Shown in pieces: positions 52,353-60,365 of a stretch of 64,000 nt of DNA. This DNA comes from a virus: the IMG/VR virus record IMGVR_UViG_3300045988_159115. The stretch is one strand, 5' to 3'. A program made the translations under genes and the position numbers. The first letter of the stretch is position 1, and the number at the start of each line of letters is the position of its first letter. The notes beneath the pieces were generated by a model. The model had not been told where the DNA came from, did not search any database, and was given only the letters and a program-made list of their open reading frames with translations.

Positions 52353-52443
52353 TCCCCCACCGGGGTATCGGGCCCCATCTCACACCTATCTAGTGTCAAT
52401 GGAGGGGTATAGAGCCTCCTGCTTTCCTTAAGCTAATGGGGGA
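52353..52443. ncRNA. compact multi-hairpin element (candidate small structured RNA)
   Basis: A 7-bp closing stem TCCCCCA / TGGGGGA encloses three local hairpins (GGGG..CCCC, ACAC..GTGT, GGAGG..CCTCC). It does not fit a tRNA. Confidence 0.25.
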
Positions 52444-52462
52444 TATCTATCTAATTGTATCT

Positions 52463-52510
52463 ATAATAAAAATGCAGAGTAAGTTCACTGTTACGAAACT
52501 TACTCTGCAT
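52463..52510 (-). terminator. rho-independent terminator ending the transcript that covers 53922->52511
   Basis: 14-bp stem ATGCAGAGTAAGTT / AACTTACTCTGCAT followed on the - strand by TTTTATTAT. Confidence 0.8.
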
Positions 52511-53226
52511 AGTAATGCCAAAATCGAGTTACTCCAAACTTCGTGGCTCCATGCATTCGCGATCGTTATAACGTCGCCGATCGTTGGACAACTCTATCGT
52601 TGCTTTCTAAAAACCTTACCGGAATCAAACCGATAAGTTGAGAAGCACTTACACGAGCGCCTACGGCGGCGATATAATCTTTATGGGAATACACTTTAAC
52701 CGGGAGCATGAGAAATTTTACTCAACCCTATGGGACGGCCAAATATAGCCGTGAATCCATAATCGAACTCCTTTTCATACATGCCATGGCATACAGGCCC
52801 GACATTTCTACAGAAGCGTTGGCCAATGGCCTCTGTACCTCGAGCACTGTAAACGTTAATCAGTATTTTGAAGTCCACAACCGAAAGCAAATAACGATGC
52901 AAAGTCAAAAACTCAAATGACAATTGGAGGCAACCAAAAGCAACAAGAAAAAGACTGAAGTTACATGCCATATGATACTTCATACTGATTCCCCAGAATC
53001 TTACTGGGCCCGATATAGTTATGTGGAAGCTATATCATCGAACTTCGGGCGCTCGAGCGCGTCCTAACATAGAACGGAGGTCTATGTCTATCCAGTAGCC
53101 ACTACTCAAATGACCGGCGTCACTGACGGCGTCAGCCAACATGGGGCTACCAAGACCGAATGAGAAAAACTCATAGACACTGTCTACGATAAAAAACTCA
53201 TTCATACCATATAGTTGAGAAGATTT
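52511..53226 (-). ncRNA. candidate large structured non-coding RNA (or very long structured 3' UTR), ~715 nt
   Basis: No convincing ORF; visibly higher G+C than flanking genes; many local hairpins and palindromes (GCGCTCGAGCGC, TATGCCATGGCATA, GATATAG..CTATATC, ACATAGA..TCTATGT); bounded by the stop of gene 53227 and a terminator. Confidence 0.45.
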
Positions 53227-53922
53227 TTATTTATTTATATCATAATCCGGAGGGAGCTCTCCGTTCAGCTTAGCTGCTTTCAATTCAGCTTTCGCTTCAC
53301 GATTCCTCTTTATGAACATTGTGGTTCCGTGCTTTTCACGATACGGAAGCTTTATTTGGCCAAGATCAGTTACGCTATTTAACTCAGCCTTATTATACGT
53401 CTTTATTTTATCGCTATTATGCAGAGCAACGTCGACGAAGCGGCCTTCATTGATGATGTAGTTACCAGAGATCGAAGCATTCTCAAGATATGCACCAATC
53501 ATACAAGATTTCTCATAAAGATTGATGCAATTCCCTTTCTTCAAAACACAGTTCATCACTTTAGAGCTACAACCAACTACGCTATCATATATGGTAGAGT
53601 CTTCAATTGTAGCATCTTCCATAATAGCACTTTTCTTATCAATGATCGAATTTTTAACTTTTGCATTACCGGATACAAAACCAAACCGAACGACCGAGTT
53701 CACGATCTTTGCATTGGCACAAACGAAACCATTTGCCGCAAACACCCAACTCTTATCAGAATGAGTATTCGGAATTGCATCTTTGCTTGATACAAATCCT
53801 CCTTGTGTTCCACAAGGAATAAATGTCCCATCCATAGCAACAAAATCTTCCTGTGCAACGATCGTATACAACTCTTTGGAAAATGACGTTGCCGCAGCGG
53901 GAAGAAGCTTATACTTCGGCAT
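53227..53922 (-). CDS. beta-helix repeat protein (hexapeptide-like repeats)
   Basis: Repetitive ...ANAKIVNSVVRFGFVSGNAKVKNSIIDKKSAIMEDATIEDSTIYDSVVG...; start ATG 53922 after GAAGGGTG. Confidence 0.6.
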   Translation of the reverse strand: MPKYKLLPAAATSFSKELYTIVAQEDFVAMDGTFIPCGTQGGFVSSKDAIPNTHSDKSWVFAANGFVCANAKIVNSVVRFGFVSGNAKVKNSIIDKKSAIMEDATIEDSTIYDSVVGCSSKVMNCVLKKGNCINLYEKSCMIGAYLENASISGNYIINEGRFVDVALHNSDKIKTYNKAELNSVTDLGQIKLPYREKHGTTMFIKRNREAKAELKAAKLNGELPPDYDINK

Positions 53923-54699
53923 TTTCAACACCCTTCTTTCATGATTCAATAGAATACCAAGCCTAAATTAAGTACCTGTCTTTGCTATGGTAGATAATCA
54001 CTACTACACACGGAAATTGAAAGAACCGTATGTAGTAGTGATTACCCATGTAGGATGTGGATGTGTTACCTGCGTTCTGATCGCTCAAAACAGAAAGGTT
54101 ACTATGATGAGAGAAACTCATTGTATCTGTGTGCCCTTCATCCACTTAGGGCGGAAATAACTAAGAGAGGGAGGTTTAACCTTTCGTCTAATCCCATATG
54201 CGCCCTCAAAAACAGTACGAGGAACGCCACAGTAATTAGCCTTATGCAGCCAGGTCTGTGTCAACCTGGCACTCCAGCCTACCAAAGGATGCGTATACAT
54301 CTGTCTCTCCGAAGAGTCCGCATTTACTCCTCTGGCTGTTTTCGGAACCACAATGGCACATGCGAGAAAACCAGCCAACTCGGGCTATATGCACCAAGCC
54401 CACGCGTCCCTGTTATGAGCCATTATTGTTCACAATCCCCGTTTCCGGTAACTAAAGCCAGCTAAGCTATAGCGGATCATGGTCGGCTACACCTATCATA
54501 AAAGGGCAATAAGCGTTACATCTGTCGTCACGACAGTTGCTTCGGGATTTCACCGAATAAAAACCTTGCTTAGAATGAATTCTTTAATCCATTCTATCTC
54601 AATGTTAGAAGGTTGATTATTTATAAAAAAGATTCCATTCTAATTCCTGAGATTACGTTAGTGTAAGAAACTCAGTAGAAAAGAAAGGATTGGAATGAT
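53923..54699. ncRNA. candidate large structured non-coding RNA in a 777-nt divergent gap
   Basis: ORFs here are R/S/C/P-rich and lack an SD. The region is G+C-rich relative to its surroundings. It has a ~20-bp hairpin at 53994-54044 and nested helices (GCCAGGT..ACCTGGC at 54249-54270; TGGCTGTTTT 54334-54343 / AAAACCAGCCA 54367-54377; CTGTCG..CGACAG 54521-54536). Confidence 0.4.
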
Positions 54700-55188
54700 A
54701 TGAGCAACTATTTTCGTACGACATATTTTCCACATCATGATGATACATGGACGGGTGATTTTCATCCCAAGTTCTATAAAGGGATTCCTGGTGCTACCAT
54801 GGATGACTTTCTTACGCATATTGATTCACGATATGATGATGTATATTCATATTTCTTTGAAGTGGTTGATGCAGACGGAGTCGTTGACTGGACAGATAAG
54901 AATCTGGTTGAAGACTATCTCGACTACGTCCGGTATTACTACTTCAAAGAACATGACTGCGTGAGAGCACACCACAGAAGTAAATGCTGCTATTTGTGCA
55001 AGCATTTCATTTCCAATGGAAAAAATAGAAAATTCCTTGGGAGCTGTCTCTATGGACTTGAGAAACCTGATCAATTCCCTCGTCGTCATGTTGGAAATTA
55101 TCATGCAAAGCATGGATTTGAAACATGCAAAAACTTCGAGATGAAGCAATATTATCTCGATAAAAGAGAAGTCAAATTAAAGAGATAA
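54700..55188 (+). CDS. hypothetical Cys/His-rich protein
   Basis: 162-aa ORF; AAAGGA SD; contains HHRSKCCYLCKH...C...H..H...CKNF. Confidence 0.65.
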   Translation: MSNYFRTTYFPHHDDTWTGDFHPKFYKGIPGATMDDFLTHIDSRYDDVYSYFFEVVDADGVVDWTDKNLVEDYLDYVRYYYFKEHDCVRAHHRSKCCYLCKHFISNGKNRKFLGSCLYGLEKPDQFPRRHVGNYHAKHGFETCKNFEMKQYYLDKREVKLKR

Positions 55189-55191
55189 AAA

Positions 55192-55234
55192 AATAACCGC
55201 TGTGGAAGATTTTATTCTATCCACAGCGGTTATT
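55192..55234. terminator. bidirectional terminator
   Basis: AATAACCGCTGTGGA / TCCACAGCGGTTATT between convergent genes. Confidence 0.8.
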
Positions 55235-55235
55235 A

Positions 55236-56015
55236 TCACCAGAAGAATCTTCTAGCGAAATAAATCAGGGTGCCGATGCCAGCGGCAATGATATCCATAT
55301 AGTTCTCACGAACCCATTCACAGATGATATCCCATTGCGTCATAGATGCATCAAAGATGAGTCTACGATACGGGTCAATCTGATAAATGCAATCAGAGTG
55401 AGAATCATAGTGGACGTCATAAGACTGGAAGTTATATCCAAATCCATCCGAAGTAGCTACCTTTGTTTTTCCTTTGAGCTTAGCAAGCATGACATACTTG
55501 AACTGCGAGATATAGGTGTTACCTCTTTTCGGAAGAAGGATATAAACTTGTCCATCCTCAGGATCATAGAAAAGGTTATGCGAACGACCTGCGCCATCCC
55601 ATTGGATTTGACTAGAAATATCCTTCGTTTTACCACGTGCTGCAACATCCAAATGGTAGTAATGCTTTACAGTATTTCCACTATTCTGCTCAAGGCAAAC
55701 TTCGCCGTCATCATCATAGACCCAGTAGAACTCACCAATCGTTTCTCCAAAAACATTCGTGTTATTGGAGATGCCATACATATTATGGACTTTCCAACGT
55801 TTGATTTTCTCCGCTTTCCGTTGGTCTTCATGAAATTCATGAGCCATTCGAGCCGCTTCTTTCCGCTGACCTTCATGAAGCTCACGGGTCATTCGAGCTA
55901 CTTCGTCTTCCTGATCCTTCGTAAGACCGGAATCGTAAACCTTCTTCGTAATATACCCATCTTCATGAGCCTGATTTATAAGGCCTTCTGCAATACGAAG
56001 GTTCCAATCACTCAT
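55236..56015 (-). CDS. hypothetical protein with C-terminal membrane anchor
   Basis: Start ATG 56015 (MSDWNLRI...); internal repeat ARMTRELHEGQRKEA / ARMAHEFHEDQRKAE; C-terminus IIAAGIGTLIYFARRFFW. Confidence 0.65.
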   Translation of the reverse strand: MSDWNLRIAEGLINQAHEDGYITKKVYDSGLTKDQEDEVARMTRELHEGQRKEAARMAHEFHEDQRKAEKIKRWKVHNMYGISNNTNVFGETIGEFYWVYDDDGEVCLEQNSGNTVKHYYHLDVAARGKTKDISSQIQWDGAGRSHNLFYDPEDGQVYILLPKRGNTYISQFKYVMLAKLKGKTKVATSDGFGYNFQSYDVHYDSHSDCIYQIDPYRRLIFDASMTQWDIICEWVRENYMDIIAAGIGTLIYFARRFFW

Positions 56016-56277
56016 TGCGATTCCACCATCGGATGTTTTTTTCAAATAAATCAGTCTTAGATGCAAGCTCATCTTCAGACATATCTTTTTCAGGCTCATC
56101 TTTGGATCCGTCGTTCACAGTAATGCCAACTACAGTATTGCCATCGCCGCTAATCGTCTGTGTAATATTGATACTTTGAGCTTGAACGATATTATCGCCA
56201 CCGGTTTGCGTCTGGTTGATATTGATTACGTTACGGGTAGCACCCACAAGACGATGAAACATGCTATTATCTGCCAT
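56008..56277 (-). CDS. small hypothetical protein
   Basis: Start ATG 56277 after AGGAGGTG; 8-nt overlap with the downstream gene. Confidence 0.6.
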   Translation of the reverse strand: MADNSMFHRLVGATRNVININQTQTGGDNIVQAQSINITQTISGDGNTVVGITVNDGSKDEPEKDMSEDELASKTDLFEKNIRWWNRNE

Positions 56278-56291
56278 TCTATACACCTCCT

Positions 56292-56338
56292 AAAAGAAAA
56301 ATAAGCCTGACTACGATTTACTCTATAGTCAGGCTTAT
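56292..56338 (-). terminator. rho-independent terminator after the beta-prime C gene
   Basis: ATAAGCCTGACTA / TAGTCAGGCTTAT followed on the - strand by TTTTCTTTT. Confidence 0.75.
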
Positions 56339-56343
56339 ATTAT

Positions 56344-58449
56344 TTATTCCTCATCGTTGACTTCATCAATCACCGAATCAGAATCGGTGGACATTGCATG
56401 GTCCTCGATGAACCGTTCCGTAGAAGTGGTCTTCTTGAAGTATGCGTCAATGTAAGAAGGAGCGTTCTTGATCGTAACCAAGTTATCGCTCATCAACTGA
56501 CGCTTGATGTCCTGACCAGCAAAGCCGAGCAGAGGAGACTTATTGTGCTCGATTGCACGAGAGACGGTAAGAATCTTGTACTTACCAACCTCATCCTTCG
56601 TAAAATCAGGACGCTCAAAATCAACATCTGGATCCTTACGAATCAGACGACTGATGATCAGCTCACCAGACAGTGCAGTTGCACCAATCTTTGCATCAAG
56701 CAGAAGGTCGGTAAACTTCTGTGCCATCTCATGATAGTTGGACGTGACGTTCTGATCTGCTTTCGCCTTACTATTCAGAAGACTCATCAGAGAGTACAGC
56801 GGCTTCGTCAGCTCGTTGTTCATGATGACGATACTGAACAGAGTAGTCAGTTCATTCATCTCAGAGAAACGAGCATAACCACGACCCTTACGAACGAGAT
56901 CAATCAGGTCATCCGTCAAGAACAGCTCACGGTCTTCATCCGTAGAAATCCAGATAGACTCATGAGTTTTCATGTTCTGCACATAGAAGCCGCCGAGCAC
57001 GTAGCTGTTGAACGAAGAATCTTCGTCCAGTTCATCTGCTTTCTGAATGGAAGTAGGATCAATCCAAACTGCCCAGTCTTCAATATCGGGAATTGCGTCA
57101 TCCCCAATCTTCGGACTCACCTCGCCACAGTACAGCTTGAAGAAACGATTGAACTCTTCAGAGAAGTTGATCTTCTCAGATACCGTGGTAAGCAGATGCT
57201 TTGCAGACAGAATCATCTGGTTCACAACCTTAGTGAACTCCTCAACTTCAAAGCCAACGACGCCAGCAGAAATATCGAAGTTCATCGTAGACGTACGGCC
57301 AAAACAAACATGACACACTTCATCATGACACGAACAAGTAATCGGACTACGGAAATTAACCCAAGTACCAATCAACTGCGTATCCTTTCTTGCATTCACA
57401 AGACGGATTTCGCCATTTGCATCAACGTAGTACCGGTTGTTATACTTCTGAAGCATCTGAGGAGTTTTGATATAAATCTTCAGATAATGCTTCGTTCCAC
57501 AATCCGACACGGTCTTGGACAGAGACAAAGTACGTGCCAACAGAAGGACAAGCTTACCGAAATAGCCAGCATTGCCCATGACCTTCTTATTCATAATCAG
57601 AGATTTGCGAGCGCCCAATGCATCAATGTAATGAGAACTCGGTTTATCCAGACCACGAATCAGAGTAGAAGAGTTGATAGGAAGCGGGATGGTAATACCA
57701 GCAAGGTCAGGTTTCAAGCCCATATGAGCAGTGAACTCAACGAGCTGCTTGTGCTTAATGCCCGTATCCGCACGAAGAATCGTACCAACGGGATCATCCT
57801 TCCGAGATTTGATCTCAGCGATCAATCTCTTCTGAATATCAGCCAGAGAATCTTCAATCTCACTCGGCTGCATATCAAGCGGGAATCTGGTTTCCATCAG
57901 CTCACGAAGGGTAGGATCATCACGATACCAATGCAGGAACGTTTCACTGGACATCGTCAGACCCATAATCAGAGAGAAGTTGATCGAAATGCTTCGCAGA
58001 TCATGAAGCACATTCGAAATAGAGTTGTTGACTGTGGTATTTCGCACACTGTAATCTCTCAGTGCAGTGACGATTTTCTGATCAATGTAGTCCTTCAGAT
58101 GAGGAACTTCATTCCAGCAGTCAAAGATATAGTTTTCATCCATCTCGAAGTCCGTATCATACAGATTCACGAGAGGATGCCACATGAAAAGATTGATGAG
58201 AAAGTGACGCAGTTGAAGCGTATGAATCTTCTCATCACGGTTCTCTTTATAAAACTTGAAAGGCACCATATACTCACGGCAATCTTTCTTTTCAAAGCAC
58301 CCTTTTACGATCATGTAGATTTGATCAACCAGCGCACTATAATCTTCGTCGCACCTCATATAGTCGTTGATGAAATAAATTGGGCGTAAAAACGTCTTCA
58401 GTTCTTCAACGTCATGAATCTCAGGGACAATGTTGCTGTTGCTACTCAT
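56344..58449 (-). CDS. phage RNA polymerase beta-prime-like subunit, C-terminal half (bridge helix)
   Basis: IDALGARKSLIMNKKVMGNAGYFGKLVLLLAR parallels the beta-prime bridge helix G.RKGL.DTALKTA.SGYLTRRLV. Confidence 0.7.
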   Translation of the reverse strand: MSSNSNIVPEIHDVEELKTFLRPIYFINDYMRCDEDYSALVDQIYMIVKGCFEKKDCREYMVPFKFYKENRDEKIHTLQLRHFLINLFMWHPLVNLYDTDFEMDENYIFDCWNEVPHLKDYIDQKIVTALRDYSVRNTTVNNSISNVLHDLRSISINFSLIMGLTMSSETFLHWYRDDPTLRELMETRFPLDMQPSEIEDSLADIQKRLIAEIKSRKDDPVGTILRADTGIKHKQLVEFTAHMGLKPDLAGITIPLPINSSTLIRGLDKPSSHYIDALGARKSLIMNKKVMGNAGYFGKLVLLLARTLSLSKTVSDCGTKHYLKIYIKTPQMLQKYNNRYYVDANGEIRLVNARKDTQLIGTWVNFRSPITCSCHDEVCHVCFGRTSTMNFDISAGVVGFEVEEFTKVVNQMILSAKHLLTTVSEKINFSEEFNRFFKLYCGEVSPKIGDDAIPDIEDWAVWIDPTSIQKADELDEDSSFNSYVLGGFYVQNMKTHESIWISTDEDRELFLTDDLIDLVRKGRGYARFSEMNELTTLFSIVIMNNELTKPLYSLMSLLNSKAKADQNVTSNYHEMAQKFTDLLLDAKIGATALSGELIISRLIRKDPDVDFERPDFTKDEVGKYKILTVSRAIEHNKSPLLGFAGQDIKRQLMSDNLVTIKNAPSYIDAYFKKTTSTERFIEDHAMSTDSDSVIDEVNDEE

Positions 58450-58529
58450 AAATTCACTTCAGTCCTTTCAATGATTTCTCATGGGTTATGTGTCTGTAAC
58501 CTAACCCATTCTTTTCTAATGAATACGTA

Positions 58530-58549
58530 CTACATATTATAATCCTCCT
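58530..58549 (-). promoter_or_regulatory. SD (AGGAGG), 8 nt, then an ATG-TAG start-stop unit in the leader of the beta-prime C gene
   Basis: - strand AAAGGAGGATTATAATATGTAGTAC, about 80 nt upstream of the ATG at 58449. Confidence 0.3.
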
Positions 58550-58557
58550 TTAATAAG

Positions 58558-58583
58558 CATCGAATATATAATATATAATCATA
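58558..58583 (-). promoter_or_regulatory. AT-rich class II box (CATCGAATATATAATATATAATCATA)
   Basis: Shares CGAATATATAATATAT with the box at 21157-21172. Confidence 0.35.
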
Positions 58584-58636
58584 AAGAATTATAAGATAGA
58601 ACAAATAGGTATCGCTTAGATAGGCGATAAGATAAG

Positions 58637-58646
58637 TATATAATAT
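58637..58646 (+). promoter_or_regulatory. AT-rich box TATATAATAT abutting tRNA-Leu
   Basis: Ends 2 nt before the tRNA 5' end. Confidence 0.3.
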
Positions 58647-58648
58647 GC

Positions 58649-58736
58649 GTCACCGTGGTGGAATTTTGGCAGACACGTAGCTCTGAGGCGGCTATCCGTT
58701 TAATTATGGGTCCCGGTTCAAGCCCGGGCGGTGACA
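58649..58736 (+). tRNA. tRNA-Leu (anticodon GAG), class II with long variable arm, no encoded CCA
   Basis: Acceptor GTCACCG/CGGTGAC; U8; anticodon stem TAGCT/GGCTA with loop CTGAGGC; long variable arm; T arm CCCGG-TTCAAGC-CCGGG. Confidence 0.8.
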
Positions 58737-58741
58737 CTCAC

Positions 58742-58819
58742 GCTAGATTAGCTCAGTTGGCAGAGCGATTGATTTGTAATCAATAGGTTCCTAGGGTTCG
58801 AGCCCCTAATCTAGCTCCA
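58742..58819 (+). tRNA. tRNA-Thr (anticodon UGU), CCA encoded
   Basis: Acceptor GCTAGAT/ATCTAGC; D arm GCTC-AGTTGGCA-GAGC; anticodon stem ATTGA/TCAAT with loop TTTGTAA; T arm TAGGG-TTCGAGC-CCCTA; 7-nt variable region. Confidence 0.75.
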
Positions 58820-58862
58820 AAAAATACCAGGTGGATAGATAATATTCTACCTGGTATTTTTA
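58820..58862 (+). terminator. rho-independent terminator after the tRNA-Leu/Thr pair
   Basis: AAATACCAGGT / ACCTGGTATTT followed by TTTATT. Confidence 0.8.
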
Positions 58863-58909
58863 TTCATTTAAATGCAATAGACGATTTATAATAAATTATA
58901 AATCTATAA

Positions 58910-58927
58910 CTATATTATATCATATAT
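58910..58927 (+). promoter_or_regulatory. AT-rich class II box CTATATTATATCATATAT abutting tRNA-Ser
   Basis: Ends at the tRNA 5' end; contains the TATATTATA core. Confidence 0.35.
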
Positions 58928-59019
58928 GCCAGTGTGGTGGAGTTGGTCGAACACACCGGTCCTGAAAACCGGCATACGCTAATAACGTATCCTCGGATCG
59001 TACCCGAGCGCTGGCGCCA
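58928..59019 (+). tRNA. tRNA-Ser (anticodon UGA), class II, CCA encoded, atypical loops
   Basis: Acceptor GCCAGTG/CGCTGGC; U8; anticodon stem CCGGT/ACCGG with loop CCTGAAA (C at position 33); variable arm ATACG..CGTAT; T arm CTCGG-ATCGTAC-CCGAG (A at position 54). Confidence 0.65.
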
Positions 59020-59020
59020 T

Positions 59021-59047
59021 AGAGGATGACAACATCCTCTCATTTTT
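59021..59047 (+). terminator. rho-independent terminator after tRNA-Ser
   Basis: AGAGGATG-ACAA-CATCCTCT followed by CATTTTT. Confidence 0.8.
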
Positions 59048-59180
59048 GATATCACCGTGACAGTAATCTTCATTGTTGTGTCATGGATTGGACATATATT
59101 TGACCTCCTAAAAATCAGATACTTTCACCTACCATATCTTCTGCTTGACCTGGATGTGGTAGGTGTTAGTATCCCAATAA

Positions 59181-59254
59181 TGAGGCGTAGGCCAATGGTA
59201 AGCCAGTGTTCTTTGAAAGCACTGAATCCGGATCGTAACCGGGCGCCTCAGCCA
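59181..59254 (+). tRNA. tRNA-Gln (anticodon UUG), CCA encoded
   Basis: Acceptor TGAGGCG/CGCCTCA; U8; anticodon stem GTGTT/AGCAC with loop CTTTGAA; T arm TCCGG-ATCGTAA-CCGGG (A at position 54). Confidence 0.7.
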
Positions 59255-59262
59255 ATAAACGT

Positions 59263-59310
59263 AATATACCCTATACTGGATGAAATACTCTCAGTATAGG
59301 GTATATTATT
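59263..59310 (+). terminator. 16-bp hairpin terminator candidate after tRNA-Gln
   Basis: AATATACCCTATACTG / CAGTATAGGGTATATT. Confidence 0.6.
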
Positions 59311-59381
59311 CTGCTAAGTGGTTCACAAACACTTAACGACGTTTCACTATTATTCTTACCAAAGAAAGGAAATGTAAACTT

Positions 59382-59903
59382 ATGATGTACGTTGCTAACT
59401 TCCAAAGAATCAGTGATCATGCATGGGATGAAATTCGTCGTAATACGGAAGACGGCTATGAGCGTCTTTGCCGTTACGACGAGATCAAACTTCCTACTCG
59501 TGCAACGAAGGACAGTGCAGGATTTGACTTCTATCTGACCGAAGATATCTCCCTGAAGAGCGGTAAATCTATTGTCATCAACACTGGCGTTCGTTGCAAG
59601 ATTGATCCGGGTTGGATGTTGATGCTGTGCCCTAAGAGTGGGCTCGGCTTTAAGTTCCACATGAGTCTTGCAAATACCGTAGGAATCGTGGATGGCGATT
59701 ATTACAACACTCATTGTGAAGGTCCTTCTGACGAGGGTCATATCATGGTGAAGATCTATAATGGCGGAGAATACGGAAAAGAAATCAACCTGAAGAAAGG
59801 TGATAAGTTCTGCCAAGGCATCTTCCTCCAGTATGGTCTTGCATATACTACAGATACTGAGTATGTAACTCGGAATGGTGGTTTTGGCTCTACTGGTCGA
59901 TAA
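59382..59903 (+). CDS. dut: dUTP diphosphatase (trimeric dUTPase)
   Basis: Motifs SAGFDF, PKSGLG, GIVDGDY, and C-terminal GGFGSTGR. Confidence 0.85.
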   Translation: MMYVANFQRISDHAWDEIRRNTEDGYERLCRYDEIKLPTRATKDSAGFDFYLTEDISLKSGKSIVINTGVRCKIDPGWMLMLCPKSGLGFKFHMSLANTVGIVDGDYYNTHCEGPSDEGHIMVKIYNGGEYGKEINLKKGDKFCQGIFLQYGLAYTTDTEYVTRNGGFGSTGR

Positions 59904-59915
59904 GGAGGAATTCCC

Positions 59916-60365
59916 ATGCAAAAAGAAAAAGGGTATGAAGACAAGAAGCCTTGTTATTGCGGGTTTTCGGAGTGCATGTTTCATGATCAGGGAACCATAG
60001 ATGATGATGGTATGGTTGGCATTGAAATGTGCCGCCTCGGAATGTATGAGATTCCCGAAAATGAAATCAAGAATGCTTGCCTTCATGGATACATTTACGG
60101 GAAATGTCCCTTCTACGTTGATTGGGTGAATTCTCTTACTAAGAATAAACTCACAATGGCTGGTATGAGAAATGCATGTCAGATCCTCCTGAAGCGAATC
60201 AAAGAACACCCTGAGGATTTCATCACACAGTTCCTTGGTGTTAAGGCGAACTTCGCTGAGAAGCTTGTATTAAAGCATCTTGCCAATAAAGCGTTGGATA
60301 AGAAATATAACGACTTTATTGCAAATAGTAGAAAAGAGGGAAACGACAATGACAAATCAAAATAA
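59916..60365 (+). CDS. Cys-rich hypothetical protein (paralogue of 60349..60750)
   Basis: 149 aa; AAGGAGG SD; shares C.C..C.FH...C....CP.Y and LL(K/E)RIK(E/K)HP(E/D)DF..QFLG with the next gene. Confidence 0.7.
   Translation: MQKEKGYEDKKPCYCGFSECMFHDQGTIDDDGMVGIEMCRLGMYEIPENEIKNACLHGYIYGKCPFYVDWVNSLTKNKLTMAGMRNACQILLKRIKEHPEDFITQFLGVKANFAEKLVLKHLANKALDKKYNDFIANSRKEGNDNDKSK

Noticed and set aside
52353-52443. Cloverleaf-like element as a fifth tRNA
   Set aside because: About 17 extra nucleotides lie between the 'T arm' and the acceptor 3' strand. The 9-nt 'T loop' lacks TTC. The anticodon stem has only 4 bp, with a pyrimidine at position 37. It fails tRNA geometry on both strands.
52696-52983. 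95-aa - strand ORF in candidate ncRNA A, with a weak GGGGA SD-like sequence upstream
   Set aside because: An ORF of this length is expected by chance about once in a region of this size and composition. Its Cys/Phe-rich sequence is unconvincing. It stays a low-probability alternative to the ncRNA interpretation.
54055-54465. 136-aa + strand ORF in the 777-nt gap, as a protein-coding gene
   Set aside because: It has no SD, and its R/S/C/P-rich sequence looks like translated G+C-rich non-coding sequence. I treat it as part of candidate ncRNA B.
53923-54699. Region B (and region A) as RNase P RNA, tmRNA, or a group II intron carrying the 53227-53922 ORF
   Set aside because: I could not find the GGAAAGUCCGG/ACAGAA..CGGCUUA RNase P blocks, a tRNA-like 3' end with ...UCCACCA, or a GUGYG 5' end with a domain V-like hairpin. 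The enclosed ORF is neither a reverse transcriptase nor a homing endonuclease. There are no split flanking exons.
58460-58510. Hairpin ATGGGTTA..TAACCCAT followed by TCTTTTC, as a + strand terminator
   Set aside because: No + strand gene lies upstream of it. It lies in the 5' leader of the - strand beta-prime C gene, so it is more likely a leader structure.
59382-59903. Idea that the phage uses uracil-containing DNA like AR9/PBS1, prompted by the AACA-type promoter motif and the multisubunit RNAP
   Set aside because: The window encodes a canonical dUTPase with all motifs intact, which argues against deliberate dUTP incorporation. Nothing in the sequence supports DNA modification.
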